From positions 17,604-81,603 of the forward strand of contig JAURAC010000011.1 in NCBI GenBank assembly GCA_030586555.1: a DNA stretch of 64,000 nt, given 5' to 3'. Positions 1 to 8,724 of this stretch are shown here, piece after piece. Origin of the DNA: Candidatus Subterrananammoxibius californiae (GTDB lineage: Bacteria; Planctomycetota; Brocadiia; Brocadiales; Subterrananammoxibiaceae). The stretch's first letter is position 1, and each line of letters starts with the position of its first letter. The notes below the pieces were generated by a model. That model was not told the origin of the DNA. It did no database searches and saw nothing but the letters and a program-made list of their open reading frames with translations. Made by a program: the position numbers and the translations under genes.

Positions 1-1
1 C

Positions 2-382
2 AAGGACTTAACGAAGGGTAAACACCGCGGCATGTGTGGTATCCATAACATCCTTGGAGTCCTGGGCAGCGGCCACTATGCACTCTGCGGGATTGGACAA
101 ACCGTTGAGGAGTTGGTCTATGGCTCATTGGACGATGACATTGTGGACATATGGAATCACAACGAAATGCTAAAACGCTTGCGTACCGAGCTTCCTGCTG
201 AATTGAGGGGCATCTGTGGGGATTGCATCCACAAAAGAGGCTGTAAGGCACATTGTGTTGCCAACAATTACTATGAAAGTAATTCCTTAAAGGAGTCCAA
301 TTGGTTCTGCGCAGAGGCACATCGTGCAGGCTTGTTTCCAGAGAGCCGCATGGTAGCGCCGTATTTAGCACAACCCGTTTGA
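2..382 (+). CDS. scmF: Radical SAM/SPASM protein, ScmF-like (C-terminal fragment; 5' end outside window)
   Basis: Frame open from position 2. SPASM-type Cys pattern CGIHNILGVL...YALCGIG...CGDC..KRGCKAHC...WFC; ends GLFPESR, resembling the SynChlorMet ScmF family as recalled (not searched). Confidence 0.75.
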   Translation, partial: KDLTKGKHRGMCGIHNILGVLGSGHYALCGIGQTVEELVYGSLDDDIVDIWNHNEMLKRLRTELPAELRGICGDCIHKRGCKAHCVANNYYESNSLKESNWFCAEAHRAGLFPESRMVAPYLAQPV

Positions 383-405
383 ACAGAAGGAAAGGAGAAA
401 GAAGG

Positions 406-612
406 ATGAAGGAAAAACGTAAAGACGTGAAAAAAATGAAGTACGAGGAACCTCGGCTTATTAAGCTAAACACTGATGAGGGTACGGGACAGTGCGAAAC
501 CGGTAGCGGCGCTCCGGGATGTTTTGTTGGCAACACAGCAGCTCAGGGTTGTTTTAGTTTTGGGAACACCCCTGGAGCATTTTGCGACAATGGGAATTCC
601 CCCCCTGATTAA
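406..612 (+). CDS. RiPP precursor P1 (68 aa)
   Basis: AAGGAG upstream; MKEKRKDVKKMKYEEPRLIKLNTDEGTGQCETGSG...; 4 Cys; paralog of nine other short ORFs. Confidence 0.85.
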   Translation: MKEKRKDVKKMKYEEPRLIKLNTDEGTGQCETGSGAPGCFVGNTAAQGCFSFGNTPGAFCDNGNSPPD

Positions 613-720
613 TGTTTCTAACTTTATAACGAAAAACATCCCGAATGCCTGTGTAACAGGAACGGGTGGGCTCTTTATTCAAGATAATTAGGATTTAGGA
701 TCTGTGAAAAAAGAGGATAT

Positions 721-748
721 CTCGTTCCCACGCTCTGCGTGGGAACGG
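721..748. repeat. REP-like palindrome CGTTCCCACGC-TCT-GCGTGGGAACG
   Basis: Inverted repeat read directly from the sequence. Confidence 0.7.
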
Positions 749-756
749 GCAAAGAG

Positions 757-1740
757 ATGTTAGGGCAACGAATCAAAGAATTACGGCAGAGGAACGGCGT
801 ATCGCTGGAAGAAATAGCTCGCAATACAGATTTGCTGGTAGAAACGTTGAGCCGCATTGAATGCGGTGAAATTGAGCGCCTCGACGGATGCTTGCTTGTC
901 AAGATTGCCGACAGCCTCCGTTTGAAGAGCGCTTATGATTTCACTGCTTTGATGCAGCTTAATAAAAATCCGAGGAGATTCCACGCGTACGCCTTAGGCC
1001 TTCCAAAGACGGGGTCGGTGTCCCTTGCAGGTATCTTCGCTAACTACCGCTCGAGCCATGAATTCGACCAGTGGAATACGCACCAAACAATTATTAAATA
1101 TAAAAAAGGCGAGATTTCACGTGAGCAGTTTCGTGAATATCTCAAGAAGCGGGACCTTGCCGCGGGGCTTCTTGAGATGGACTCGGCGCATTTTAACCGC
1201 CATTATATGGATATTCTTGCCGAAGAATTTCCGAGCGCTAAATTTATCTGCCTCATCAGGGACTGCTACTCATGGGTAAATTCCTGCATAAACTATTTCA
1301 CTATGCCTGAGCGTGAGGCACTGCAGAGCCAGGAGCTTCGTAACGGCATGCCTTTCGACTTGCCCAGGGGTTCAAATAGCCAAAAAGATGAATTGGTTAA
1401 GAATTTCCATAAATATATAGACTCGCCCCTTTCACACTGGACGGAGGCATATCATGACATAATTGAAAAACTTCCTTCCGGCAGGTCCATAATTATAAAG
1501 ACAAATGAACTCTCTAATAAAATACCTGATTTAGCCCGCTTTGTGGGTGTTCCTGAAGATTCATTAATTAAAGAACGGTCCCATCTCAATAGGGCAGAGT
1601 ATCAGGTAAAAATACTGCAAGGACTGGATTATGAATTCTTAGAGGCAAAGTTCAATGAGCATTGCAAGGATTTGATGGACGAATTCTTCCCTGGGTATTC
1701 ACTGAAGGATTACTTAGGGGTGGATATGGTCACAATTTAA
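757..1740 (+). CDS. XRE-family HTH fused to a P-loop sulfotransferase domain
   Basis: N-term LGQRIKELRQRNGVSLEEIA...LSRIECG (HTH_3-like); GLPKTGSVSL (5'-PSB) and RDCYSWVNS (3'-PB) sulfotransferase motifs. Confidence 0.7.
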   Translation: MLGQRIKELRQRNGVSLEEIARNTDLLVETLSRIECGEIERLDGCLLVKIADSLRLKSAYDFTALMQLNKNPRRFHAYALGLPKTGSVSLAGIFANYRSSHEFDQWNTHQTIIKYKKGEISREQFREYLKKRDLAAGLLEMDSAHFNRHYMDILAEEFPSAKFICLIRDCYSWVNSCINYFTMPEREALQSQELRNGMPFDLPRGSNSQKDELVKNFHKYIDSPLSHWTEAYHDIIEKLPSGRSIIIKTNELSNKIPDLARFVGVPEDSLIKERSHLNRAEYQVKILQGLDYEFLEAKFNEHCKDLMDEFFPGYSLKDYLGVDMVTI

Positions 1741-1768
1741 TTTTGATTAATATTTACTGGAGTGTTTA

Positions 1769-2728
1769 ATGTCTATTATTAGCGAAAGCGGACGCCAGAG
1801 GACGCCCGCCCTGGTGGGCGGCTTCTCTATTAAGTTATGCAACGGTCAGGGGTGGTATATCGTGGGTAATAAGGAAACACAACCCATAGTTGAAACACTG
1901 GCATCAATATTACAAATAGAACCCGGTAATCAAAACGGGTACCCGCGACTGATTTTTACCCACGCCACAGAGGAACTATTAGAGACGCAAGATTTTGCGT
2001 CTCTACTTTCGTCAGGAGGGTGGCGCTCTCAAGACCTACCTTCCATGAAACTATGGCATCACGACGATACAGAAGACGTTATTTGCGAGCTTAACCGTGA
2101 GGTGGACGATAGTATTGAGATTTTTAGGCTGTGCTTTGTACTCAACCCCATTTATCAACGAGCCCTGGAGATAGGGGGGCTTCCCTTGCACGCAGGTCTG
2201 GTTGAATTGAATGGTCGTGGAGCACTGCTTGCCGCCAGGGGTAATATCGGAAAGTCAACATGTTGTAGCCGCATTCCACAACCATGGCGCGCCCTGTGCG
2301 ATGACGAATCACTTATTGTACTCGATGCCCGAAACCAATATCGGGCACACCCATTCCCGACATGGAGCAATTACCTCTACGACCGTCCCAAACGGTCGTG
2401 GAACGTCCAGCAACACGTTCCCCTTGCTGCGATATTCTTCCTCGAACAGGCGGAAAAGGATGAGGTTGTCCCTATAGGACAGGGACAAGCAGGGATATTA
2501 ATAAACACATCTGCAACCGAGGTGTGTAGCAAACAGTGGAGGAAACTAACTCCCGAAGAGGAAAGGGCACAGAAAAAGAAACTGTTCGATAACGCATGTG
2601 CGCTTGCCAAATCGGTTCCAGCATTTATCCTACGTGTCAGCCTCACTGGACGATTCTGGGATGAGATGGAAAGGGTTTTACCAGATTTTACAAAGGGCGT
2701 TGATATAAATATAGAAGTTATGAGGTAA
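1769..2728 (+). CDS. scmC: ScmC-like protein (HPr-kinase-like P-loop fold)
   Basis: LPLHAGLVELNGRGALLAARGNIGKSTC Walker A-like segment, LCDD, HPFPTWS; context with ScmE/F-like rSAMs. Confidence 0.7.
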   Translation: MSIISESGRQRTPALVGGFSIKLCNGQGWYIVGNKETQPIVETLASILQIEPGNQNGYPRLIFTHATEELLETQDFASLLSSGGWRSQDLPSMKLWHHDDTEDVICELNREVDDSIEIFRLCFVLNPIYQRALEIGGLPLHAGLVELNGRGALLAARGNIGKSTCCSRIPQPWRALCDDESLIVLDARNQYRAHPFPTWSNYLYDRPKRSWNVQQHVPLAAIFFLEQAEKDEVVPIGQGQAGILINTSATEVCSKQWRKLTPEEERAQKKKLFDNACALAKSVPAFILRVSLTGRFWDEMERVLPDFTKGVDINIEVMR

Positions 2729-2758
2729 TCAATACATAAATACGGAGTTTCTTTAGAT

Positions 2759-3379
2759 ATGTCCGAAAGCAATACAAAATTTATAACCTATACAGGGCCC
2801 AGCATGAACCCCACTCTGAAGGCGCCTGATATGTTAGAGGTCATTCCTTACGATGGCAACAAGATTCGATGTGGTGACGTAGTCGTCTTTGTCCCCCCAG
2901 GAGGAAACCACAAGGTTATACACCGCATTATCTCCATTGATTCGCAAGGAATCAGGACGCGAGGCGACCACAATGCTAACGTTGATGAGTGGGTCCTTTG
3001 TCCCGATGACATCGTTGGACGTGTCATTCGTACCCAGAGGGGAGACAGATGGTTGCGTATATACGGGGGACTGATGGGTAGAGTGTACGCATTTTTTTTA
3101 AGAACTATCCGCAAGATTAATTATTATCTAATATCTTGCCCGCTCCATTTTCCATATCGCTGGCTTGCCAAATCGGGTATTTTTAGAGGCTGGCTGGCTG
3201 AACGATTGAAAATTCATGTTCTAACATTTAACCGGTCTTACGGGAAAGACATGCAGTTACTGATGGGACGCCGGGTAATAGGCCGCTACCTTCGTGATAA
3301 GAACAAATGGATGATAAGGCGGCCATTCAGGCTGGTTGTTGATGAGGCATCCCTTCCTAAGGGTACAACGGAACAATAA
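2759..3379 (+). CDS. S24/S26-family (signal peptidase I-like) peptidase
   Basis: GPSMNPTL catalytic Ser box, GDVVV, IHRI, TRGD; no N-terminal TM anchor. Confidence 0.75.
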   Translation: MSESNTKFITYTGPSMNPTLKAPDMLEVIPYDGNKIRCGDVVVFVPPGGNHKVIHRIISIDSQGIRTRGDHNANVDEWVLCPDDIVGRVIRTQRGDRWLRIYGGLMGRVYAFFLRTIRKINYYLISCPLHFPYRWLAKSGIFRGWLAERLKIHVLTFNRSYGKDMQLLMGRRVIGRYLRDKNKWMIRRPFRLVVDEASLPKGTTEQ

Positions 3380-3398
3380 CTTAAAAGGAGGACGAAAA

Positions 3399-3635
3399 AT
3401 GGGTGAAGAAAGTAAGAAAAAGAAGTTAGTTTACGAGATACCTAAACTTGTTAAAATAGGCGATGTTACGGCACAAGGACGGTGCTGGAATGGCAGCGGA
3501 GATAGTACAAACTGCAATACCGGTAACTCTGCCGGGGCTTTCTGCACGACTGGTAATACACCAACCCTTGGTTGCTCGGACGGCAACTCGCCAGGGGGTG
3601 CTTGCGCCGTCGGTAATGGCGTAGGAGGGGGTTAA
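3399..3635 (+). CDS. RiPP precursor P2 (78 aa)
   Basis: AAGGAGG RBS; MGEESKKKKLVYEIPKLVKIGDVTAQGRCWNGSG...; 5 CxxG units. Confidence 0.9.
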   Translation: MGEESKKKKLVYEIPKLVKIGDVTAQGRCWNGSGDSTNCNTGNSAGAFCTTGNTPTLGCSDGNSPGGACAVGNGVGGG

Positions 3636-3682
3636 TCAGAAAACAAAACTCCATGTAACTGGTTTCTTACAAATAATTCAAA

Positions 3683-4840
3683 ATGAGTACTGTTATAAGT
3701 AAACAAACAAAACTCGCAGACTGGATGCAGCCTGTGGTAGAGGGCGTGCCGGTAAGGTTCATGAAGACGCCACGCCTGGTTGACATCGCCATAACGGGTA
3801 AATGCAACCTTAGCTGTAAGATTTGCTACTACGCCGACGAAATGGTTGCCCTGAACGACCTTCCCACATCAAAGTGGCTGGAGTTCTTCGATGAACTCGG
3901 TAAATTGAACGTCATACAGGTACTGCTGACGGGCGGTGAGCCTATGTCCCACCCAGATATACTTACATTCATTGATGCCGTCGTCAAGAACCGCATGTGC
4001 TTCAATATATATTCCAACGGCATGCTGTTCAATCATGAAAACGCACAGTACATTAAAGATACTGGCCGCTGCAACCTCATATTTGTTTCCATTGACGGTT
4101 CCTGCCCGGAGGTACACGATAAGATTCGTGGTGAAGGAGCTTTCGTCAAGGCGGTGCGGGGCATCCAGATATTACAGGAAGTCGGTCTTTCGGTGAATGT
4201 CCGCGTAACAATCAATCGGACCAACCACAAGGACCTGCCTAACATTATTAAGTTCCTGTTTGACGACCTCTGTGTGAAAAACGTTTGTACCAACGAAACC
4301 TTCCCTCGTGGTTCCTACCAGGGCAACATTAACGACTTCTATTTGACCCGTGAGGAACGCTGGGAGGTGGCGCTGACGTGCCTTGAATACGCCGAGAAAT
4401 ACCCGGCGCTAACCAATGCCTATGACGGGCCTATGTCACTATTCCGTAAGTTCAAACAAACTAAAGATGTCCTTAAACCGCAGGATGATGGAGCGCGTAC
4501 CGGCGGCTATCTTACAACCTGCAAATGTTCCTTCCACTCGCTTGCCATTTTACACGATGGCAAAATTGTCCCATGTCACCAGTTGCCCCACATGGTACTG
4601 GGAGAGGTCGGTGTTGATTCGATAAAGAAGGTCTGGGACGAATCGGCTGGTTTGCACTACCTTCGAACCCGCCATCGCATCCCGCTTGGGCAGCTCGATG
4701 AGTGTCGTGGCTGCAGTTATCAGCAGTATTGTTCAGGGGGGTGTCCGGGCGCTGCTTATGCCATGACCGGCAAGATGACGGTGCGCAATCCGCGCGACTG
4801 TTACCGTATATTGTTAGGAGAGGAATCCGAATATACCTAA
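3683..4840 (+). CDS. scmE: Radical SAM/SPASM protein, ScmE-like
   Basis: MKTPRLVDIAITGKCNLSCKIC (CxxxCxxC), GGEP, SIDG; SPASM C...VPC...CRGC.YQQYCSGGC...C. Confidence 0.8.
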   Translation: MSTVISKQTKLADWMQPVVEGVPVRFMKTPRLVDIAITGKCNLSCKICYYADEMVALNDLPTSKWLEFFDELGKLNVIQVLLTGGEPMSHPDILTFIDAVVKNRMCFNIYSNGMLFNHENAQYIKDTGRCNLIFVSIDGSCPEVHDKIRGEGAFVKAVRGIQILQEVGLSVNVRVTINRTNHKDLPNIIKFLFDDLCVKNVCTNETFPRGSYQGNINDFYLTREERWEVALTCLEYAEKYPALTNAYDGPMSLFRKFKQTKDVLKPQDDGARTGGYLTTCKCSFHSLAILHDGKIVPCHQLPHMVLGEVGVDSIKKVWDESAGLHYLRTRHRIPLGQLDECRGCSYQQYCSGGCPGAAYAMTGKMTVRNPRDCYRILLGEESEYT

Positions 4841-4862
4841 AATCCAAAAAGGAGATTGCAAA

Positions 4863-5045
4863 ATGAGTGAAGAAAAAAAGAAAGAACGTAAAATGAAATA
4901 TGAGATACCTCGGCTCGTTAGAATAGGCGATGTTACGGCAAAGGGAGATTGCTGGAATGGCAGCGGGGATACTTCAGACTGTAATATAGGAAACGCAGCC
5001 AGCCCTGATTGCCCTCAAGGCAATGGCGTCATTACTGTGGATTAA
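4863..5045 (+). CDS. RiPP precursor P3 (60 aa)
   Basis: AGGAG RBS; MSEEKKKERKMKYEIPRLVRIGDVTAKGDCWNGSG...; 3 CxxG units. Confidence 0.9.
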   Translation: MSEEKKKERKMKYEIPRLVRIGDVTAKGDCWNGSGDTSDCNIGNAASPDCPQGNGVITVD

Positions 5046-5204
5046 GGTTTTTTGGATAGAGATTGCAAACGCTATATTCTATCCCCGACATTTTTCTGTA
5101 TCAAGCGTGATTGGCAAATGCGGACAGAACCTGTTTGAAAATTAACAATTACTTAATATTTAAGATATACCTCTGTTTATTAAATCAGTTTTGGATTTAT
5201 CGAA

Positions 5205-6830
5205 ATGTTGGTTGATGTCCCTTATACATTTGATTATAAATCATTAGCGGCTTTTATTACTCCGCAACGGCAAGCTCGCTTGACAGCCATTGCAGAGCAA
5301 ATAATAGAGGAAAATCCGTCTGTACAAAATACCACATGGCTTGAATTAGTAAAAATATTGGGGCAAGACTTCCTCAGCGATTACCGAATTACACCTGCTC
5401 ATTTACAACTTTTAACTAATAAGGTAGGTATACCCCCTGATAAAATATCTGAAATAAATCGTATGGCTGACCTGTTGAACAAGAATACCTTCAGCAATTA
5501 TAAGGATATTATACAGCTTTACAAAGAGATTAATCCTGAAAATGATACCCAGTCCGTTCCACAAAAAATAACAGAAGCATTCAGGACTTTATTTCTTATT
5601 GAAATAAATCTTAGACTGCAAATTATTTATCGGGTCTATTTATCCACAGTTCTTTCCAAGTCTAATTTAAACCACAGTCAAAAAATAGAAACTTTATATG
5701 AGGTTGAGCACCTTGCCTACATGCTGTTAAATGTTTCAAATCTTGAAAAATTGTTCGAATGGCTTGCTTCGGAAGACCCTCAATTGGAAATTGATAAGTG
5801 CTTACGAAATTTGTCCAATTTTGCTTTCTACGTTAATGTAGTCACTTTTCGAATGACGAACCAGTGTAATATTTCTTGCAGGCATTGTTACAACTTTTCT
5901 GGACCAAGCAATGATAAACATGAAATCGCTTTAAACAAAATGATTCAAATAGTACGGGAAATGCCGAAAGTTAATATCCGACAGGTGAACATTTCCGGAG
6001 GCGAGCCCTTTTTACGCCTCGACGCACTCTTAAAACTTATTAGAGAAGCCCGGAAGCAAAAGATAGACAGCATAAGCATCCTTACAAATGGATTCTGGGC
6101 TAAATCAGAAAAAGAGACAAGAAAAATACTCAAAAATCTTAAAGAAGCCGGTTTTATGAACAATGGACATCATACCGATTTCATCACGCCAAGCGCAGGG
6201 GTTTTTCATCAGGAATTTATTCCTTTGCAAACAATCATGAATCTTTGCAAAATGTATTACGAAATATATCAAAAGCCTATTAAGGTTTTGTGTGAACTTT
6301 TTAATAATTCACCGGATTACAAAATCAACCTTTTCCACGAAATTTTGCGCAATAACCTCAATGAGAAAGTAAGCGTGCTATATAGAGAGGTTTTCCCTAT
6401 GGGACGTGGAGAGCAATTATCAAAAGAAATTAGTTTCAAACATTCCACCAGTTTTCCCCGATGCAGGGGAATCAACATGGTCGTATTTGACCCCGATGGA
6501 AGCGCTAAGCCTTGTTGCGGTATGAATGTGAATATTGACGGCATTAACATAGGAAGCATATATAAAGATGATTTAAGTTCGATTATAAAAAATATGCAAA
6601 ACAATCCTATTCTGCAATTTCTATCAAAAAATCCGATGGGAAAAATTTTTGACTATTTAGAGGAACCCCCGAATCCTCGTGGTTACACTGGGGAGTGCTC
6701 TCTATGCGAGCACGTTTTGGGAAGTTTAGATAACGTTGAGCCTCTTGAGCAAAAACTCACCAGTTCTCAAGACTTTTACCCCTTCTGGTTCTCAAAAGAA
6801 AAATTGTTACTTTATTCAGATAGCAATTAA
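5205..6830 (+). CDS. Radical SAM protein with long N-terminal helical region and C-terminal SPASM/Twitch-like Cys cluster
   Basis: CNISCRHC, SGGEPF, TNGFW; C-term CRG...PCC...CSLC. Confidence 0.8.
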   Translation: MLVDVPYTFDYKSLAAFITPQRQARLTAIAEQIIEENPSVQNTTWLELVKILGQDFLSDYRITPAHLQLLTNKVGIPPDKISEINRMADLLNKNTFSNYKDIIQLYKEINPENDTQSVPQKITEAFRTLFLIEINLRLQIIYRVYLSTVLSKSNLNHSQKIETLYEVEHLAYMLLNVSNLEKLFEWLASEDPQLEIDKCLRNLSNFAFYVNVVTFRMTNQCNISCRHCYNFSGPSNDKHEIALNKMIQIVREMPKVNIRQVNISGGEPFLRLDALLKLIREARKQKIDSISILTNGFWAKSEKETRKILKNLKEAGFMNNGHHTDFITPSAGVFHQEFIPLQTIMNLCKMYYEIYQKPIKVLCELFNNSPDYKINLFHEILRNNLNEKVSVLYREVFPMGRGEQLSKEISFKHSTSFPRCRGINMVVFDPDGSAKPCCGMNVNIDGINIGSIYKDDLSSIIKNMQNNPILQFLSKNPMGKIFDYLEEPPNPRGYTGECSLCEHVLGSLDNVEPLEQKLTSSQDFYPFWFSKEKLLLYSDSN

Positions 6831-6877
6831 CGCTTCATTTTGTATAACTGTGTTAAACTTAGAACGGAGCATTCGAC

Positions 6878-8695
6878 TTGTCAAAAGACACTTCGGTAAA
6901 AGAAAAGATTAAGCATTCCTTGCACATCGGGCGTGCCATACGCCTTGTATGGCAGGCTGCCCCGGGCTGGACGATAGCCAACATTGCACTCATCTTCGTA
7001 CAGGGCGTTTTACCACTGCTGGCGCTCTACCTCATGAAGTTAATTGTGGATGCGGTGACGGCTGGTATTTCAGCCCCTGATAAAGTAGATGCCTTCTGGC
7101 ATGTAGCACTTCTAATCGGCATAGCCGGCGGGGTCGCCATCTTCAGCACCCTATGCAGTTCAATTTCGGGACTCATCAGAGAGAATCAGTCTCTTGTGGT
7201 AACGGACCACGTCAGTGATATCCTCCACGCCAAGTCCATTGAGGTTGACCTTGAGTATTATGAAAACTCGCAGTACTATGACAAGCTCCACCGTGCACAG
7301 AAAGAAGCCCCCCACCGACCCTCACGCATTGTGAGTGGTTTGACGAGTCTCTCCAAGAGCGGAATCTCCCTGTTAGCAATGGCTGGTTTACTGTTCTCAT
7401 TTAATTATGCCATTGGGATAATCCTGTTCGTTTCAGTCTTTCCGGGAATATTTGTACGTTTAAAGTATGCAGACAAGATGTTTAAATGGCATCGGAAAAG
7501 AACGCAGACGGAGCGGATGGCAAGTTACTTTAACTGGCTGCTAACGGGAGACGCACATGCAAAGGAAACCCGGCTGTTTGACCTGGGACAGCTATTCATC
7601 GGCCGCTTTCGCAATTTGCGCAAGCTGCTTCGCAAGGAAAGACTTGACCTTACCACAAGACGGTCCATCGCAGAACTGCTTACCCAGACTTGCGCAAGTA
7701 TGGCTATATTTGGTTCATATGCATTCATCGCTTACAGGACTGTACAGGGCAACATCACCCTCGGTGATTTGGTTATGTATTTCCAGGCATTTCAGCGCGG
7801 ACAGGGGTATCTTCAGGAGATGCTAATGGGTATTGCTGGTCTTTACGAGGACAACCTGTTTCTTTCTAATCTATATGAGTTCCTGGACCTGAAACCAAAG
7901 GTCGCTGAACCGTTGCATCCGACGCCCGTTACCCGACCCATGCAAACAGGCATCGTGTTTGACCATGTGAGTTTTCAGTACCCTACCGGAAGCAGAAAGG
8001 TGATTGAGGACATCTCCCTGACCATTCGTCCGGGGGAGAAGGTGGCATTAGTGGGCGAGAACGGTGCGGGCAAAACGACGCTTATAAAACTGTTGTGTAG
8101 GTTATACGACCCTACGGAAGGAAGGATTACCCTCGATGGTGTTGATTTGCGTCAGTTTGAAATATCGGCGCTGCGGCGTGAAATCGGCGTTATTTTTCAG
8201 GACTACTCACGCTATCATCTAACGGCTCGAGAAAACATCTGGTTTGGAAACATCAACCTCCCATCCGATGACGAACGAATTGTTACCGCAGGTCGTCAAG
8301 CGGGTGCAGATGATGTGATAACAAGCTTGCCTAATGGCTACGAAACGGTCATAGGTAAGTGGTTTGAGGGTGGAGAAGAACTAAGCATTGGCGAGTGGCA
8401 GAAGGTGGCGCTTGCACGAGCGTTTCTGCGTGATGCGCAGATAATCGTGCTTGATGAACCAACCAGTTCCCTGGACGTAAAGGGTGAGTATGAGGTCTTT
8501 AAGAAATTCCGCCAATTAGCCGATGGTCAGGCAGCCATACTCATCAGTCATCGTTTTTCAACCGTCAGGATGGCTGACCGCATCTACGTGCTAAATGGTG
8601 GTAGAATAATCGAAAACGGCACACATGATGAACTGGTTCAACTCGGCGGGATGTATGCACACTTGTTTGAAACTCAAGCGCAGTATTATCGGTGA
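6878..8695 (+). CDS. ABC exporter, fused permease + ATPase
   Basis: N-terminal TM helices; GENGAGKT, LSIGEWQ, LDEPT, ISHR; no C39 peptidase domain apparent. Confidence 0.92.
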   Translation: MSKDTSVKEKIKHSLHIGRAIRLVWQAAPGWTIANIALIFVQGVLPLLALYLMKLIVDAVTAGISAPDKVDAFWHVALLIGIAGGVAIFSTLCSSISGLIRENQSLVVTDHVSDILHAKSIEVDLEYYENSQYYDKLHRAQKEAPHRPSRIVSGLTSLSKSGISLLAMAGLLFSFNYAIGIILFVSVFPGIFVRLKYADKMFKWHRKRTQTERMASYFNWLLTGDAHAKETRLFDLGQLFIGRFRNLRKLLRKERLDLTTRRSIAELLTQTCASMAIFGSYAFIAYRTVQGNITLGDLVMYFQAFQRGQGYLQEMLMGIAGLYEDNLFLSNLYEFLDLKPKVAEPLHPTPVTRPMQTGIVFDHVSFQYPTGSRKVIEDISLTIRPGEKVALVGENGAGKTTLIKLLCRLYDPTEGRITLDGVDLRQFEISALRREIGVIFQDYSRYHLTARENIWFGNINLPSDDERIVTAGRQAGADDVITSLPNGYETVIGKWFEGGEELSIGEWQKVALARAFLRDAQIIVLDEPTSSLDVKGEYEVFKKFRQLADGQAAILISHRFSTVRMADRIYVLNGGRIIENGTHDELVQLGGMYAHLFETQAQYYR

Positions 8696-8724
8696 AGGCT
8701 TTAATAATATTCTAAGGTACTTGA

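Noticed and set aside
406..5045. Precursors as lasso peptides, metallothioneins or ferredoxins
   Set aside because: No lasso cyclase in the window and no conserved ring Asp/Glu; Cys are isolated (no CxC or CxxC clusters); leader/core layout and rSAM context favour a thioether-type RiPP.
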